DNA of 64,000 nucleotides from Batkoa obscura (Eukaryota): NCBI GenBank assembly GCA_030770535.1, contig JASVEC010000018.1, positions 248,001 to 312,000 of the forward strand, read 5' to 3'. Shown piece by piece: positions 12,031 to 24,024 of this stretch (position 1 is its first letter; each line of letters starts with the position of its first letter). The notes under the pieces were generated by a model. It saw only the letters and a program-made list of their open reading frames with translations, ran no database searches and was not told where the DNA came from. The position numbers and the translations under genes were made by a program.

Positions 12031-12579
12031 TTTTTATATTATTTGATAAAGGTTATTTTATTTTATTTTATTTTATTTTATTTATATACTTCTTACTTTA
12101 CATTATTGCCTGTTGATCTATTTTCGAAGGCTTCTTTTTAAGTCAATTTTTCATTTAGTTTTTTATCTATATTTCTCATTGATTTGTTCTAGCTGATGAC
12201 CATGTTTTGAGTTTATAATTTTAGTACCCGATTTTCAAATTTCAGTTTGACTAAGATTTTAACAATAATAATTTTAATGTTAGCAATTTTATAATATAAT
12301 ATCGATAATACAAATCTTTAATTAAAGAATCATCTAAATCAAATAGGCTTATCAATAAGGTCAAAAGTTAGTTTCCAAGTACATTAGTGTACTGTTATAA
12401 CAACTTAATATAACTCTAATATTTAATATTTAAAAAGTAATGTTAAATTAATATTATTTACAAACAATATCAAATTATTTGATGATATAATTCGTCTCAA
12501 TTTATAACATTAAATATAATACTCAATGTCAATATTTTTTGAAAAGTTATTCCAACACCATTGCTAAAATTTTTAATAT

Positions 12580-12666
12580 GGGGATGTATTTTTTTATCTA
12601 ACAATTTTTCCGCTCAAATGACGCTTAAAAAATGGAAAAAGTAATGAAACCAAAAAAAACATCCCT
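12580..12666 (-). mobile_element. MITE family A, copy 8 (small internal deletion)
   Basis: GGGGATGTA...ACATCCCT with ATAT on both sides. Confidence 0.8.
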
Positions 12667-12858
12667 ATATTGTTATTATTTTACTTAGTATACTATTATC
12701 CTGATCAACTATTTTAATGAAATAAGCAACAAAATTAAAATGATAATAAAAACTTGATAATCCAAATCAAACTAAGCCTAAGGTCAATAAGAAGATCGAT
12801 AGGTGTAGGATATATAATGACTTTAAAAATAACACTCAGTTAAAAAATTAAACCAAAA

Positions 12859-13191
12859 ATGAACCGTAGTCTTATCATAGCTTGTTTATTGACTTTAGCA
12901 TTTGGGAAAGAGTTCCAATGCCCTAGACCAGACGAAGATAATTGTATAGTAATTAACAAAGAAGATTATAGAGGTCAAAGGCCACGCTGTAGAGGAACTG
13001 GATGTCCACCATGTTGGACTAAACGTGAAAATGGATGGGAGTGTGTTGCTAAAGATTTTGGAGAATGCCTTGGTAGATTTTCAGTAGACATCGAAATTTT
13101 AGATAGTGAGTGCAAAAGAGTTAAAAGATTATTTGAAGGTGATGGTGGCCGAGATGGTAAAACCTTAGATCTTACTTTCTTAGATAAATAG
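12859..13191 (+). CDS. Small secreted cysteine-rich protein, 110 aa
   Basis: Signal-peptide-like MNRSLIIACLLTLAFG, 8 Cys in the mature part (CRGTGCPPCW), KR..KR near the C-terminus, TATATAA upstream (~12811). Confidence 0.78.
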   Translation: MNRSLIIACLLTLAFGKEFQCPRPDEDNCIVINKEDYRGQRPRCRGTGCPPCWTKRENGWECVAKDFGECLGRFSVDIEILDSECKRVKRLFEGDGGRDGKTLDLTFLDK

Positions 13192-13391
13192 AGATGATAA
13201 ATGACTGTTGGCTTTACACTGTATTTCTATTTCCAAAACAATAAAATACAAACTTTAAAGACGCTTGCTTAATTAAAACAACTATTTATTTCTACTTAAT
13301 AAATATATTTAATTATTAAAATTCAGGGAATAATAGCTCATACTAGAAATCATAAATAAAATTAGAGGCTCTTCAATCAAAGTGATCTATC

Positions 13392-14870
13392 TCAAGATAA
13401 TGTTTCTAGCGCTATACCTTGGTAAGTAGTCACTTCAGTTTTATAGCCCATATCCTCTAACCTCGTATTTTTACCTTCAATACCAAACCACATCCAAAGA
13501 AGGGACACTAACAAACCAGAAGATAAGAAGCATATAATAACCACACATGGGATGACCAAATTTAATGTATTATTTTCATAAATAGCCAGTAAAATTCTTG
13601 GAGCAATAGCAGCGATCACACGACCAATAGCAACTGAAAACCCAATTCCTGTCGCCCTTAGATGAGTTGGAAAAGCTTCTGAAATAGTTGTATAAATCGT
13701 TGCCATAACTGCACTATAAGTAAACTGATAAAAGCAATGGATTCCAATTAAGGCTGCTTTTGGATCTGAATTATTAACTGCGGGTATAAAGCAGGCAACA
13801 GCAATAATACATATAATAAAATGAAAAATTAACAATGGCTTTCTTCCTACTCGATCGATCATAAGGACTACATAAATATAGCTTGGTACTGTACATATGA
13901 CCCCATATAAGAAAAATAGGGCATTATCAGATCCTGTTATACCCACATCTTCTAAGATTTGGAGCGATAATAAATTACTGACACCGTAATCAGCAAAAGC
14001 TTGAGACGCGTTGAGTATAGCAGCAAAAAAGACAGTAAATGGATAATTTAAAAATAAGTTCTTTAGAATTCTAAAAAACGAATTTTTTGGATGAGCATAA
14101 AAAATGATTTCTGCTTCTGGGCCACTGTTAATTAAATTGTCTTGCTGCTGGCATAACTCTTCGATTCTCATAGTGATCTCTTCTGCTTTTGTAAACTGTC
14201 CTTGCGATAGCAGCCATCTTGGGGACTCTAACAGAAACCGACGTATAAATATAATAAAAAACGAGGCACAAGCACCAATCAAAAAGCCTACTCTCCAGGC
14301 CCAAAAATCATTCAAATACCTAATAATTGGCACTTGAAGACCATGTGCGATCAAGGCTCCCAAACACCAAAAACCCATCACAGCAGCATTAGCTCTGCCT
14401 CTATATCTATAAGGTATAAATTCTACAATCGTTGCATTAATGGCAGTATATTCAGCACCTACACCGATAGCGGTCAAGAAGCGGAATGCTAACAGAAACT
14501 CAAAAGTGGGCGAGAAACAAGTGATAAGGGTCATAGAAGAATATAAAAGCATGGTAATGACGAAAGTAAACTTTCTTCCATATCGATCAGCAATCAAACC
14601 AAATCCCAAACTTCCAACAATGGCACCAACAAGCCATAAGGTGGTAATTAAAGAAGTTTGTTCTGAAGTTACATCGAAATAGCGCTTGATGATTGGTAAA
14701 ATGGCAGTGATAATCGTGATTTCAAAAGCATCAAATGCCCACCCTATGCCTAAAACTATAACGAGTTTGGTGTGCCAACGACTCCATGTTAAATGATCCA
14801 AACGTGTAGTTACTTTTGTTTTTGAAGATTTTTTTATCTCAAAATCTTCAAACATTGTGCGGCCATCCAT
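13392..14870 (-). CDS. MFS transporter (sugar/aromatic-acid/SV2-like), intronless
   Basis: 492 aa, about 12 TM. Motif A GLIADRYGRK and MIDRVGRK, RFLTAIGVG, ESPRWL, SEAFPTHLRATG. Confidence 0.92.
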   Translation of the reverse strand: MDGRTMFEDFEIKKSSKTKVTTRLDHLTWSRWHTKLVIVLGIGWAFDAFEITIITAILPIIKRYFDVTSEQTSLITTLWLVGAIVGSLGFGLIADRYGRKFTFVITMLLYSSMTLITCFSPTFEFLLAFRFLTAIGVGAEYTAINATIVEFIPYRYRGRANAAVMGFWCLGALIAHGLQVPIIRYLNDFWAWRVGFLIGACASFFIIFIRRFLLESPRWLLSQGQFTKAEEITMRIEELCQQQDNLINSGPEAEIIFYAHPKNSFFRILKNLFLNYPFTVFFAAILNASQAFADYGVSNLLSLQILEDVGITGSDNALFFLYGVICTVPSYIYVVLMIDRVGRKPLLIFHFIICIIAVACFIPAVNNSDPKAALIGIHCFYQFTYSAVMATIYTTISEAFPTHLRATGIGFSVAIGRVIAAIAPRILLAIYENNTLNLVIPCVVIICFLSSGLLVSLLWMWFGIEGKNTRLEDMGYKTEVTTYQGIALETLS

Positions 14871-15910
14871 TTTTAGGGTTTGTATTAAATGTGGAAAATA
14901 AAATTGTTTGTTTATTTTGTTTTTAACTGATTTTAAAAGGAATATTTTATTCTTAAATTTACTATTTTCATATATAGAAATCGTTAAGCACTTTTTATAT
15001 ATGGCTCTATCAAAAAAATCTTAAGTATTCAACAAAAACTTGAAAATTAGTACAACTTAGCTATCTACAATATACACTCTATTGATATTATTGTTAAAAG
15101 CTGATTAATAGTCAATGTTTTTTGTTTATATATATATTTTTTTTGGTTAGGGCTATCAGATCGTATGATAAAAATATTTTATAAAGAATGTATACATCCC
15201 TAAATTGGGAATGAATTTATTTAAAATACTTAAGCTTGATTCGTTGAAAAATTCTTTTTGAGCAATCGAATTTTTTAGACAAATAGTTTAATCATGGTTT
15301 TTTATTCCTTGAGCTTTTTGATAGTTCTAGATAGTTTTAAACAATCATTTACAAATAAAAAATTACTCTATCAAAGAGAGTATTATCTAAAATAATATTG
15401 ATTCATAAGCTATTTGATTTTAGATTATATAATATCGAAATGATATTAAATTAAGCATTTGAATTACTTTAATATCTTGTTTCTTAAAATGCTAATATTT
15501 ACAGTTTATTAGTTCTTAATAGATAAGTAAATATGTACTTAACTTACAATATGCTTAACTTGTATAGGGTAGTCTTTATTAATAACAGCCTGTCGATAAA
15601 TAAACCATGTAAACTTTATCAGTTGATAATCCATGCCTATATATCGACTTGATTTTGATCTCTATATTTGTCTTGATAAACAAAATATTTAGTAATTTAA
15701 AATCAAAATTTGACTAAAAGCTAATCAAAACTTCAAATGTTATGATATTCAATATTTATTAAGCTAAAACTAACTAGGTCAAGTTAAGCCTATTAAAAGA
15801 AAGGTTAAAGGTAGGTACACTGCTATTGACACATTAATCAACATGCAGCTAAAAAACGGATGAATAAATCCGATGAACAGAATTAACAAATAAAAAAAGG
15901 TAAAAAAAAG

Positions 15911-17328
15911 TTAAGAAAGGTTCAACTCTGCGATACTACCATACCTACCATTAGCTCTAAACGTGTCTCTTATACACACCTGAATCAAAGGGATTTTAAA
16001 ATTGCCTAATTTAATATCTGAAAATCTCTCTAATATGGGTAGAGCATTGAAGGTGCTGTAATACTTGCCATCCTGTGCTAAATCATGACCGTGGTAGTTC
16101 TCAGATTGGTGTTTTATTATGATGACATATTCCTAAATGAAAGCAATAAGCTTTTAAATTAACAGAAATATAAATTTAAGCACTTACATTAAATATTAAA
16201 TCACAGTCAAGCGAAAGCCCAGCTTGATAAAATCTTTCTCTTATTAAGTCTAATTATCCAATTTAATATATATAATAATTAATGATTTAACAATTACCTG
16301 TGGCATCTTTAAACTTTTTACCTAAATTTTCATTGGAGTCATAATCCACTTTAACATAAACATATTTAGCTTTTTCTAATAAAAATTAAAAAAGATTAAC
16401 TTAACTACTGTCAAAAAATAATGTCTTACCGGGTTCATTTTCGGGATAGGTACCAATCCCCTTAAACTCAACATTTAAACCTAAAAACCCAATAATGTTA
16501 TTTAACTCTGGTTTTAATGATAATAATAACTTTTCGGCTTCAGTTATATGCTTTTCCCTTGGTAATTTTAAGTTCCCTAAGCTAATGTGAAGTCTTCGAT
16601 GATCTGTCAAATATTTTGCTCTAATATCAGGTAAGTTCATTTCGTTAATCTCGTCAATGATTTGTTTAAACTTAAGCTCAAGCCCACTATCAATGATTGG
16701 TATTGAAATAAAGTGGGTATAACTTTGGTTGTATTCCAAAGTCTACTAGTATAGTTGATTATTTTATAATTTCATTGCCACTAAATAATTTTACCTTTTT
16801 TACACAATGATCTAACATGGCCACAGCCAATTTGACTTGGTATGGTGAACCAGAAATTTCTGGATTAAAAATGAATTATGAAAACTCACTAGTTATAATA
16901 TTAAACAAACCTGCTATGCAAAATTCACTTGTTGACTTGAGAGCCCTTGATTCATCCAAATCAATTTTGACATTTGTTGCTTTTTTAATAGCCTTTAAAT
17001 TAGCACTTTGTTTACCTAACATGTTTATAGAAAAGTTAATCTTAAATTCTACTTTTAAAGGCTGCAATTACCCAATATAAATTGCAGCTTTCCGGTTGGC
17101 AATTGATACTCTACAATACCTCCCATCTGTCTAGCTCGTTCAATACCTGCCTCAAGTTCCTCTTTACTTTTATGCTCTACCAAAGCATTAGTTAAAATCT
17201 TCAACTATAATCACCCAACTCTTACTTCTCTGTGAGTATTCTCCACCATTTCTAGCCTTATATTTCAAAGCCCTTCTACTCAGTTTTTCATCAATTTCTT
17301 TAATCTCTACACTACCTTCTTTCTCCAT
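15911..17328 (-). CDS. ASCC1-like KH + 2H-phosphoesterase (LigT/AKAP7-like) protein, multi-exon
   Basis: ATG 17328, TAA 15911-15913. KH-like FILGKQSANLKAIKKATNVKIDL, then YTHFISIP, LHISLGNL, FNALPILERF and GRYGSIAELNL. Confidence 0.72.
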
Positions 17329-18920
17329 TCCCGCGTTTGTTTTAGATTATTAAATAAATTTGTTAAAAAATAGAATTTTTTTTGAGTTTGACTGATTTTT
17401 TAAATTATAAGGTTGTAGCCTATCATCAAGTTCATGCTTTGACCAATTTTGGTTTTATACTACTGTTAAACTTCAATTGTGCATTTATCCGCGAGCTTTT
17501 TTGTAATTGTTGTTTGCTTAGCTAGCTTTTTCTAAAATTTACTAAATGAAAAATCCACTATTTTGCACCGAAATTTATAACATTAAAGGTAAGGTTATTT
17601 ATAGATAAATATAGTCTAGTGCATTATAGCTTTGATTGTTATTTCCCTGGCATCCTTTCTTTGTATTGATAATATCAAAATCTATCTATCAAAAACATAT
17701 CAAAATAAAGAACTTTAGTTGTATAACTTAAATAAAACTAGCTTTTGAGAATTTTTGATTTTCAAGTTAAGTTGACAAGATGATTTGCCAACAGTAGAAA
17801 TGATTGGCTGAAAGTTATCAAATAAATAAGTTATATTTTAATGATCAGGGTTAAGGTCAAAGTTTTAATTTCTATTGATCAAATTTGACCAATCCTTTAA
17901 TCTAGTGGTAAACTACTCATTACCGCTAGATTTGGTAGTGTAAAGCAACTTACTAGTTAAAATTATCGTAGAGGATTTGTAAAAAAAGCAGTAAGCCAAT
18001 TTATTAGCTGTGTCTTTACAAAATATGACAAAAGACTCTTTAAGTTAAATTGTCAGTTGAGTTTCAGCCAGCTTTGGCTCAATTTTCGAGCTTAAATAAT
18101 CAGCTATGTAGTACATAATTGAGTTTTAATAGTTGTAATATCATGGTTTTGTTGATTAGTTTGATAAAAAGCCTGTTTTTTACCCAGACTACTTATCAAG
18201 TTAAAGGAGGTTTAGATTGTTTTGATTCACAATACAAGATCATTTCGGCCGCGAATGTTTAAATATAATATTAAGGGCTAGGGTAGGCTAGGACTATCAT
18301 TGTTAATTTAATTTATTTAATAAAAAAAATATAATATATTCATCTGTTTAAAAATCTAACCAGGATTTTCAACTTTTAAGTTAGTCAAAGTAAATAAAAA
18401 GCTTTAAGGAAAAAACAAACTTCAGAATCAATTAAATAACAAATGGGCTTTGTATCTAATTATCAAAATAAAAAATGCTATGAGCTCAAAGCTTAGCATT
18501 TATTTATAAATTGAGACAGTTTAATCATATGATTAAAAGTCTTTTTAATTAAACAGAAGTATCTTTTTGTTTCAGCATATGGTTACTAACTATTTAATAC
18601 TATGACCATTTTTATGGACAAATAGCAATAAAAGGGCATCCTCATATTGTCAAATGTTTGTTCTTATATCCCTAGCCTTATAACAGATATGATCTTAGTC
18701 ATAAAACAAACTCTTTAATAAACTAATTAATGGTGTCAAATAGTAGCCCCTATGTTTTCAAAATAAATCTTTGTTTTATAAATAAAGTTTTTTTATATAA
18801 AGATAAGAAATCAAAAATTAAAATATTAAAGTCAAATAAATTATCTAGCAAAAAATAGTAACATCTGCTAAATTACCTCAAATGCCAGTTCCTTCATGTT
18901 AAAATAAAAAAATACTATAT

Positions 18921-19015
18921 GGGGCTGTTTTTTAGTTTCATTATTTTTTCATTTTTTAAGCGCTATCTAAGTGGAAAGATTGTAGTAAAATTCCTAAACA
19001 AAAAAACACATCCCT
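18921..19015 (+). mobile_element. MITE family A, copy 9
   Basis: GGGGCTG...CATCCCT with ATAT on both sides. Confidence 0.82.
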
Positions 19016-19087
19016 ATATATTTTAGACTGATATTTTTTAAGGTGTGACATTTTAATAAGATATTCTTTGTTTCCCAATCAATAATT

Positions 19088-19175
19088 GGAAATGTATTTT
19101 GTGTAAGAATTTTACTAACAATTCCACTAAATAATGTTTAAAAAATGGAAAAAGCAAAAGCCAAAAAACACTCCA
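19088..19175 (-). mobile_element. MITE family A, copy 10 (diverged)
   Basis: Core AAGAATTTTACTAACAATTCCAC with AATT on both sides. Confidence 0.72.
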
Positions 19176-19572
19176 AATTGGGATTCTTTAAGGAAATCAT
19201 TTAATTCAAACAGATTTGATTTATATTGAGCTTTTTCATTTTATTTACCAAATCCATTAGCTATTTTATATAGACAACTTGGAACTTTATTTTACTCTAT
19301 AGTAACCAAATTAAAAACTTTTATAATATATTGAAAACTGTTTAACGATAAAATAGCTAATTTTTGTCTCTATTTACAACTCTCTTTAATCCTTTCAAAA
19401 AGGTAAAACACTTTAATTTTAATTCAGCAAAATGTTATTAAATTCAATTTTAGCCGATTTCCACTAACTAATTCCATGCTGATAAGTATAACTTACCTAA
19501 TAAAGTAAATTACAAAAAAAGCATACAAGGAATAAGTTTTTATTTCAAACGCTTAATAATTTAATGCTATAT

Positions 19573-22284
19573 CTAATAGTGCCATTGTAAATCAGAGGGA
19601 AAAGTCTCAAAGTTTGGAGTAATGGTTGGGGACTTTGGGAAGATTAAGTTGGCTAGATCATTCATCGTCTCATTAGGTTCCGGACTATCTGATTTAGATT
19701 GATAATTCATATTTAATAAATCATCCCATTTGAGCAGAGGTGGGCGGGGATTTTTATCATATTCCTCCATCTCAACTTCAATTTCAATAGAACTATTTTC
19801 AGAAGCATTCTCAAGCTCAAAGTTTGATATCACTTGTTGAACGACTTCACCATATTTCTGGACTAAAAGGTTCATTTCCTCATGACTAGGCGCTTCAACA
19901 TTTAATAAATTAACATCCAGATTATCGAGTATATATTCAATATCTTGGGTAATTTGTGTGGCACAAAACAAAAAACTGATTTGTTGATTTCTCTTAGGTT
20001 CTTGTAAAAACTGCTTCAAATGAAGGATAACTTCTTCACTACAGCTGCTTAATAAATTATCTATATTTTTTATAATTAGCAAGCTTCTTTTATCTTGCTT
20101 AACCATATTTCTCAACAATGATTGTAACGCTTTAAGGTCACTACCGTCATCCAAACCTGGCATATTGTTTAAGGCAAAATTGAACACTTGAACATCATCC
20201 AATTGATATAAAATAGAAGCTAAGATATGATGAATAGCAATGGGACAATCACCTTTTAAGAGAAAAAGACTGACTTTATGAATAGGAAGTGCATCAATTT
20301 TTTGGCCATACATAGAATTAATGCGATCTAGTAAATTGGTTACTTTAGAATCAAATATCAATGACAATGGTTCTGCTAATGGCTTAGGTTCAACGTCGAA
20401 TTGGTGATTCAAGGTTGCTTTTATATTATTTAATGAAGCCATAAAATCTTCCCATTTGATTTCCAATTGATCTGAATCAACATTGAAATGTACATCCCTT
20501 TGCCCAATCTCTGGGTAATGGCGGTACAATGCCGCTTGGCTTGCTCCAGTACATAAAGACACTAAATCGGCCCCAGAAAATCCTGTAGTGAGCGCAGAAA
20601 GATCTTTTAACATAGATAAAGTGGGCGGATAAGGCCAATTAATAGTGGTATTTGTAATAATGTCCAATCTTGTATTAAAGTTAGGTGGAGAAAAATGTAA
20701 TTCAGCTTCAAATCGACCAGAGCGACGCAGTGCTGGGTCGATAGAATGAACACGATTTGTAGCACCGATAACAACTACTTTTCCCATATCAGCCAGCCCA
20801 TCCATCTGAGATAGAAGAGTACCAACTAAAGAAGCTCCATGTCGATCCGTTGAGTTACGGATTGGAGTCAGTCCATCAATCTCATCAATAAAAATGACAC
20901 TTGGCTGCCATAGCAAAGCAGTCTCAAACAAATGCTTAATTTTGGATTCTGATTTTCCAACCCATTTTGATAAGATGTCACTGGCACTGAAATGAAAGAA
21001 AGCTATTGGGGATTGTATATGACTACACTCGTTAACTAACATCCTTGCTGTAAGTGTCTTTCCGGTTCCAGGAGAGCCATAAAATAAGATACCTTTGTTT
21101 TGTTTAAGGCTAAAGGCTCTATTAAGCTCTGGATAGAGTGTAGGCAACAAAATAGACTCTTTAATGGTTTGTAATTGATTGCTAATACCACTAATATATT
21201 GAGGACCTTGAGCAGCAAGCTTTGATTGGGCTGGCATTAGTTCGGCTGGGAAGTCAAGATGAGCACGTGTTGAAATGATTTCTGGTAAATTAAGTGGAAG
21301 ATAAGTAAACTTCTTGGGCAGTTCTTTAGATTCAGGTTCAGCTTCTTCACTAGCATTGGATTTTTTAATTTTTAAGGGGTCAAATTTACTTGCTTTTAAA
21401 TCCACCGTAAAGTTTTTAGTAGAATAAATACGCAACCTATTTAATGAGTTTTGGTCTCTCTTTCTTAAATTATAAATGGATTTTATTGAACCATCGTTTC
21501 TATTTCTTAAATTATACATGGACCTCGCCTTTGACTCAGATTTATATCCATTCCTATTCCTATTCCTTGTTTGGTAGATCTTAGACATACTACTAGAAAA
21601 GTATTTTTTAAATGAGGTTCTATTTCCCCTTGTGTAATAACCATGATTATTTTGCTTAGCTTTAGAACGTTGGCGATCTCTTTGACGATTGTTTATTACC
21701 TGCTTTTGCCTTAAATGAACCGCATTTATTAACACTGTTTCATTATACGTCACCTTCTTCCTATCTCTTAAACTGTATCTTTTATCATCATGCTCATTGC
21801 CCTTTACGTTGTTTGTCTCGATTGACTCTAGAGAGGTGTTGTGAGAGTTGTTTGTTCTTGAAGGAGCTTTCTTGACACTTATTATTTGTAGATCGTCATC
21901 AACGAAATTATCCAAATTTCTATTACTTCTTAGTGACCTTGTTATACCAGATGCATTTTTAGATCTTGTTCTACTCGACGCAAAAACTTCCTTATCAGCG
22001 GGTAAATCTTCCTCAATTTCTTCTGAAAAATCCTCTTCTAGCTCAGACTGATACTCTTCAGCATAATTTTTTTGTTTCCGGTTTCGTAAGGAGTACCTTT
22101 CCCTAACCAGATTTGATCTTTTAGTAATAATCATCTTTGGTTTCTTAATCACTTTATTCCTCCTAGGGTTCCTTGCTGGAGACATTGGTGGGGAAACATA
22201 ATGTACTTTTGTTAGTGTACAACTCCTCTTGGGCCTACTTGATTCTCGCATCCTAGAAATATTTAAGTTTTTGTTGATGCTCAT
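19573..22284 (-). CDS. Yta7/ATAD2-like AAA+ ATPase, intronless, apparently lacking the bromodomain
   Basis: Walker A GSPGTGKT, Walker B IFIDEIDG, ILSKWVGKSE, QPSVIF, GATNR..IDPALRRSGRF, GFSGADL..LCT, ALYRHYPEI. Degenerate second AAA module; basic N-terminus with RYSLR-type repeats. Confidence 0.85.
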   Translation of the reverse strand: MSINKNLNISRMRESSRPKRSCTLTKVHYVSPPMSPARNPRRNKVIKKPKMIITKRSNLVRERYSLRNRKQKNYAEEYQSELEEDFSEEIEEDLPADKEVFASSRTRSKNASGITRSLRSNRNLDNFVDDDLQIISVKKAPSRTNNSHNTSLESIETNNVKGNEHDDKRYSLRDRKKVTYNETVLINAVHLRQKQVINNRQRDRQRSKAKQNNHGYYTRGNRTSFKKYFSSSMSKIYQTRNRNRNGYKSESKARSMYNLRNRNDGSIKSIYNLRKRDQNSLNRLRIYSTKNFTVDLKASKFDPLKIKKSNASEEAEPESKELPKKFTYLPLNLPEIISTRAHLDFPAELMPAQSKLAAQGPQYISGISNQLQTIKESILLPTLYPELNRAFSLKQNKGILFYGSPGTGKTLTARMLVNECSHIQSPIAFFHFSASDILSKWVGKSESKIKHLFETALLWQPSVIFIDEIDGLTPIRNSTDRHGASLVGTLLSQMDGLADMGKVVVIGATNRVHSIDPALRRSGRFEAELHFSPPNFNTRLDIITNTTINWPYPPTLSMLKDLSALTTGFSGADLVSLCTGASQAALYRHYPEIGQRDVHFNVDSDQLEIKWEDFMASLNNIKATLNHQFDVEPKPLAEPLSLIFDSKVTNLLDRINSMYGQKIDALPIHKVSLFLLKGDCPIAIHHILASILYQLDDVQVFNFALNNMPGLDDGSDLKALQSLLRNMVKQDKRSLLIIKNIDNLLSSCSEEVILHLKQFLQEPKRNQQISFLFCATQITQDIEYILDNLDVNLLNVEAPSHEEMNLLVQKYGEVVQQVISNFELENASENSSIEIEVEMEEYDKNPRPPLLKWDDLLNMNYQSKSDSPEPNETMNDLANLIFPKSPTITPNFETFPSDLQWHY

Positions 22285-22833
22285 GTTAAAAATTTAAAAA
22301 AACAAATTGAAGTACACTTAAAATTTACTTGTTTGGTTTGATTGGACTCTATTTTGTTAATAAATTATCTTTGATTTTTGATTTTTGAATAAAAATTGCA
22401 GCTTAATTTAAAGGCTATTTCTGCCAATCAAGTAAGTTAAGATTTTCATAGTTTAAAAGGGGATTTTACTTAATATTTGTTAATGTTAGGGTTAGCTCAT
22501 TATTATTCGTGTTATACTATTACTTGAAACAGATAAATAGTGCCAAATATATAGATAATACAGTATACATACTTAAATTAAAAAAATAATAACATAGAGC
22601 TATCCAGATTTAAATCATTATATTTGTAAAAAGAGATTAAGTTGTAAATATAATAAACTTATTTATTACACAAAAAAAGGATAAAAACAATAAATTAAAA
22701 AACGTGCACAAAAAAACATCACAACTGAGATAGAAAAATGTTAATTTTTAAACAAAATCAACTCTTTTTAAAAGCAAATATTAAAAAGACACTTAAAGTT
22801 AGTTATACTACAACAAAGTATAACTTAAATAAA

Positions 22834-24024
22834 ATGTTGGATGAAAATGAAACATTTGGCAATGAAAATTTTAAAATTATTAAAGTAAAAGGAATATGGA
22901 TGAAAGTTAGAAAGGACTCACCATTAAGTAAGTTTGATATTTTTAGTGATTTATTAGAGGTATAATATTGCCATTAGAAGAGGACTCTCCAGATAGTAAT
23001 ATAGCGGTGAATAAAAAGGACCTTGAAGAAGTAAGAAAAATTAAGTGTTATTTTATTATACTTAAATTTTATTAGCACAAAGTTAATTTACTAGAACGCA
23101 TGGTGAATTCAGATGAAAATTTTAACGTAGTTACTACAGAAGAAACAAAGAGGGTAATTCATTATAAATAAAAAATAAAAAAATGGAAGCTGAAATTCAA
23201 TTATAGCAACAAACAAAAAGAAAGCCTTCGGGTACCCACTTTTTAAGTTTGCCAATAATGGAGAATGAAGTAGTAGATTCAGTTCAGCAATTACAAAGAA
23301 AAATACTAGGTTTAGGAAGAGAAGATATACATTATCATTTTTTAATAAAGCCACCAAGTATCCATCTAACGCTTGGATTATTATGTTTACAGTCTAAAAG
23401 TGATGAGATGAAAGCATTAAATATTTTAAATGGATTAAGAACTAAGTTAAAGGAAATAATGGCAAGAACAGCATTGAGCTTATTATTAGAGGGTTTAGAC
23501 ACGTTCCCAGAAAGTAAAAAAGGGGGTCAGTTTAAGCTTTGTATTTTGTTAGCTTTATATTAATGGTTAAGTTTAGAACTTTCAAAAGTAATTTATGCCT
23601 CGATTGATAACTCATATCAGCAAAATAAAGAAAAACTAAACGTAATGATAGGTAATTAAAATAGACATGTTTATTAAGTTAAATTCCCTCAAACTATTAT
23701 AGAGGTCATATTGGAGCGCTTTCGAGCATCTGGTTTATTAATTGAAGATAATCGACCATTGACGGTAATATAGTTAACTATTTAATAATTATGTTAATGC
23801 AAAACTTTTAGCTTCATGCCACGATTTTGAAATTTCGATCAGTGAGAGGACTTGAAACGAATACGATTCAACTTCGAGGCTTTAATGCTAGAGAGATAAT
23901 AGAGAAATTTGGTACCTTTTCATTAGGCACCTTTAAAATTACCCATCTTCAAATATGTCAGTTGGGATCTTTCCAGCCTGATGGAAAGTATACTAGTTTG
24001 GGTGGGATTCGTATTTTTCCTTAG
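22834..24024 (+). CDS. 2H-phosphoesterase (AKAP7/ASCC1-like, LigT fold), multi-exon, no KH domain seen
   Basis: THFLSLP, both HxT motifs (IHLTLG and LHATIL), FNAREIIEKF, DGKYTSLGGI*. The start codon is a best guess. Confidence 0.78.

Noticed and set aside
22486..22494. Telomere-like TTAGGGTTA motif as a telomerase RNA template or interstitial telomere
   Set aside because: Only about 1.5 units inside a bidirectional promoter. At most a telo-box, and not distinguishable from chance.
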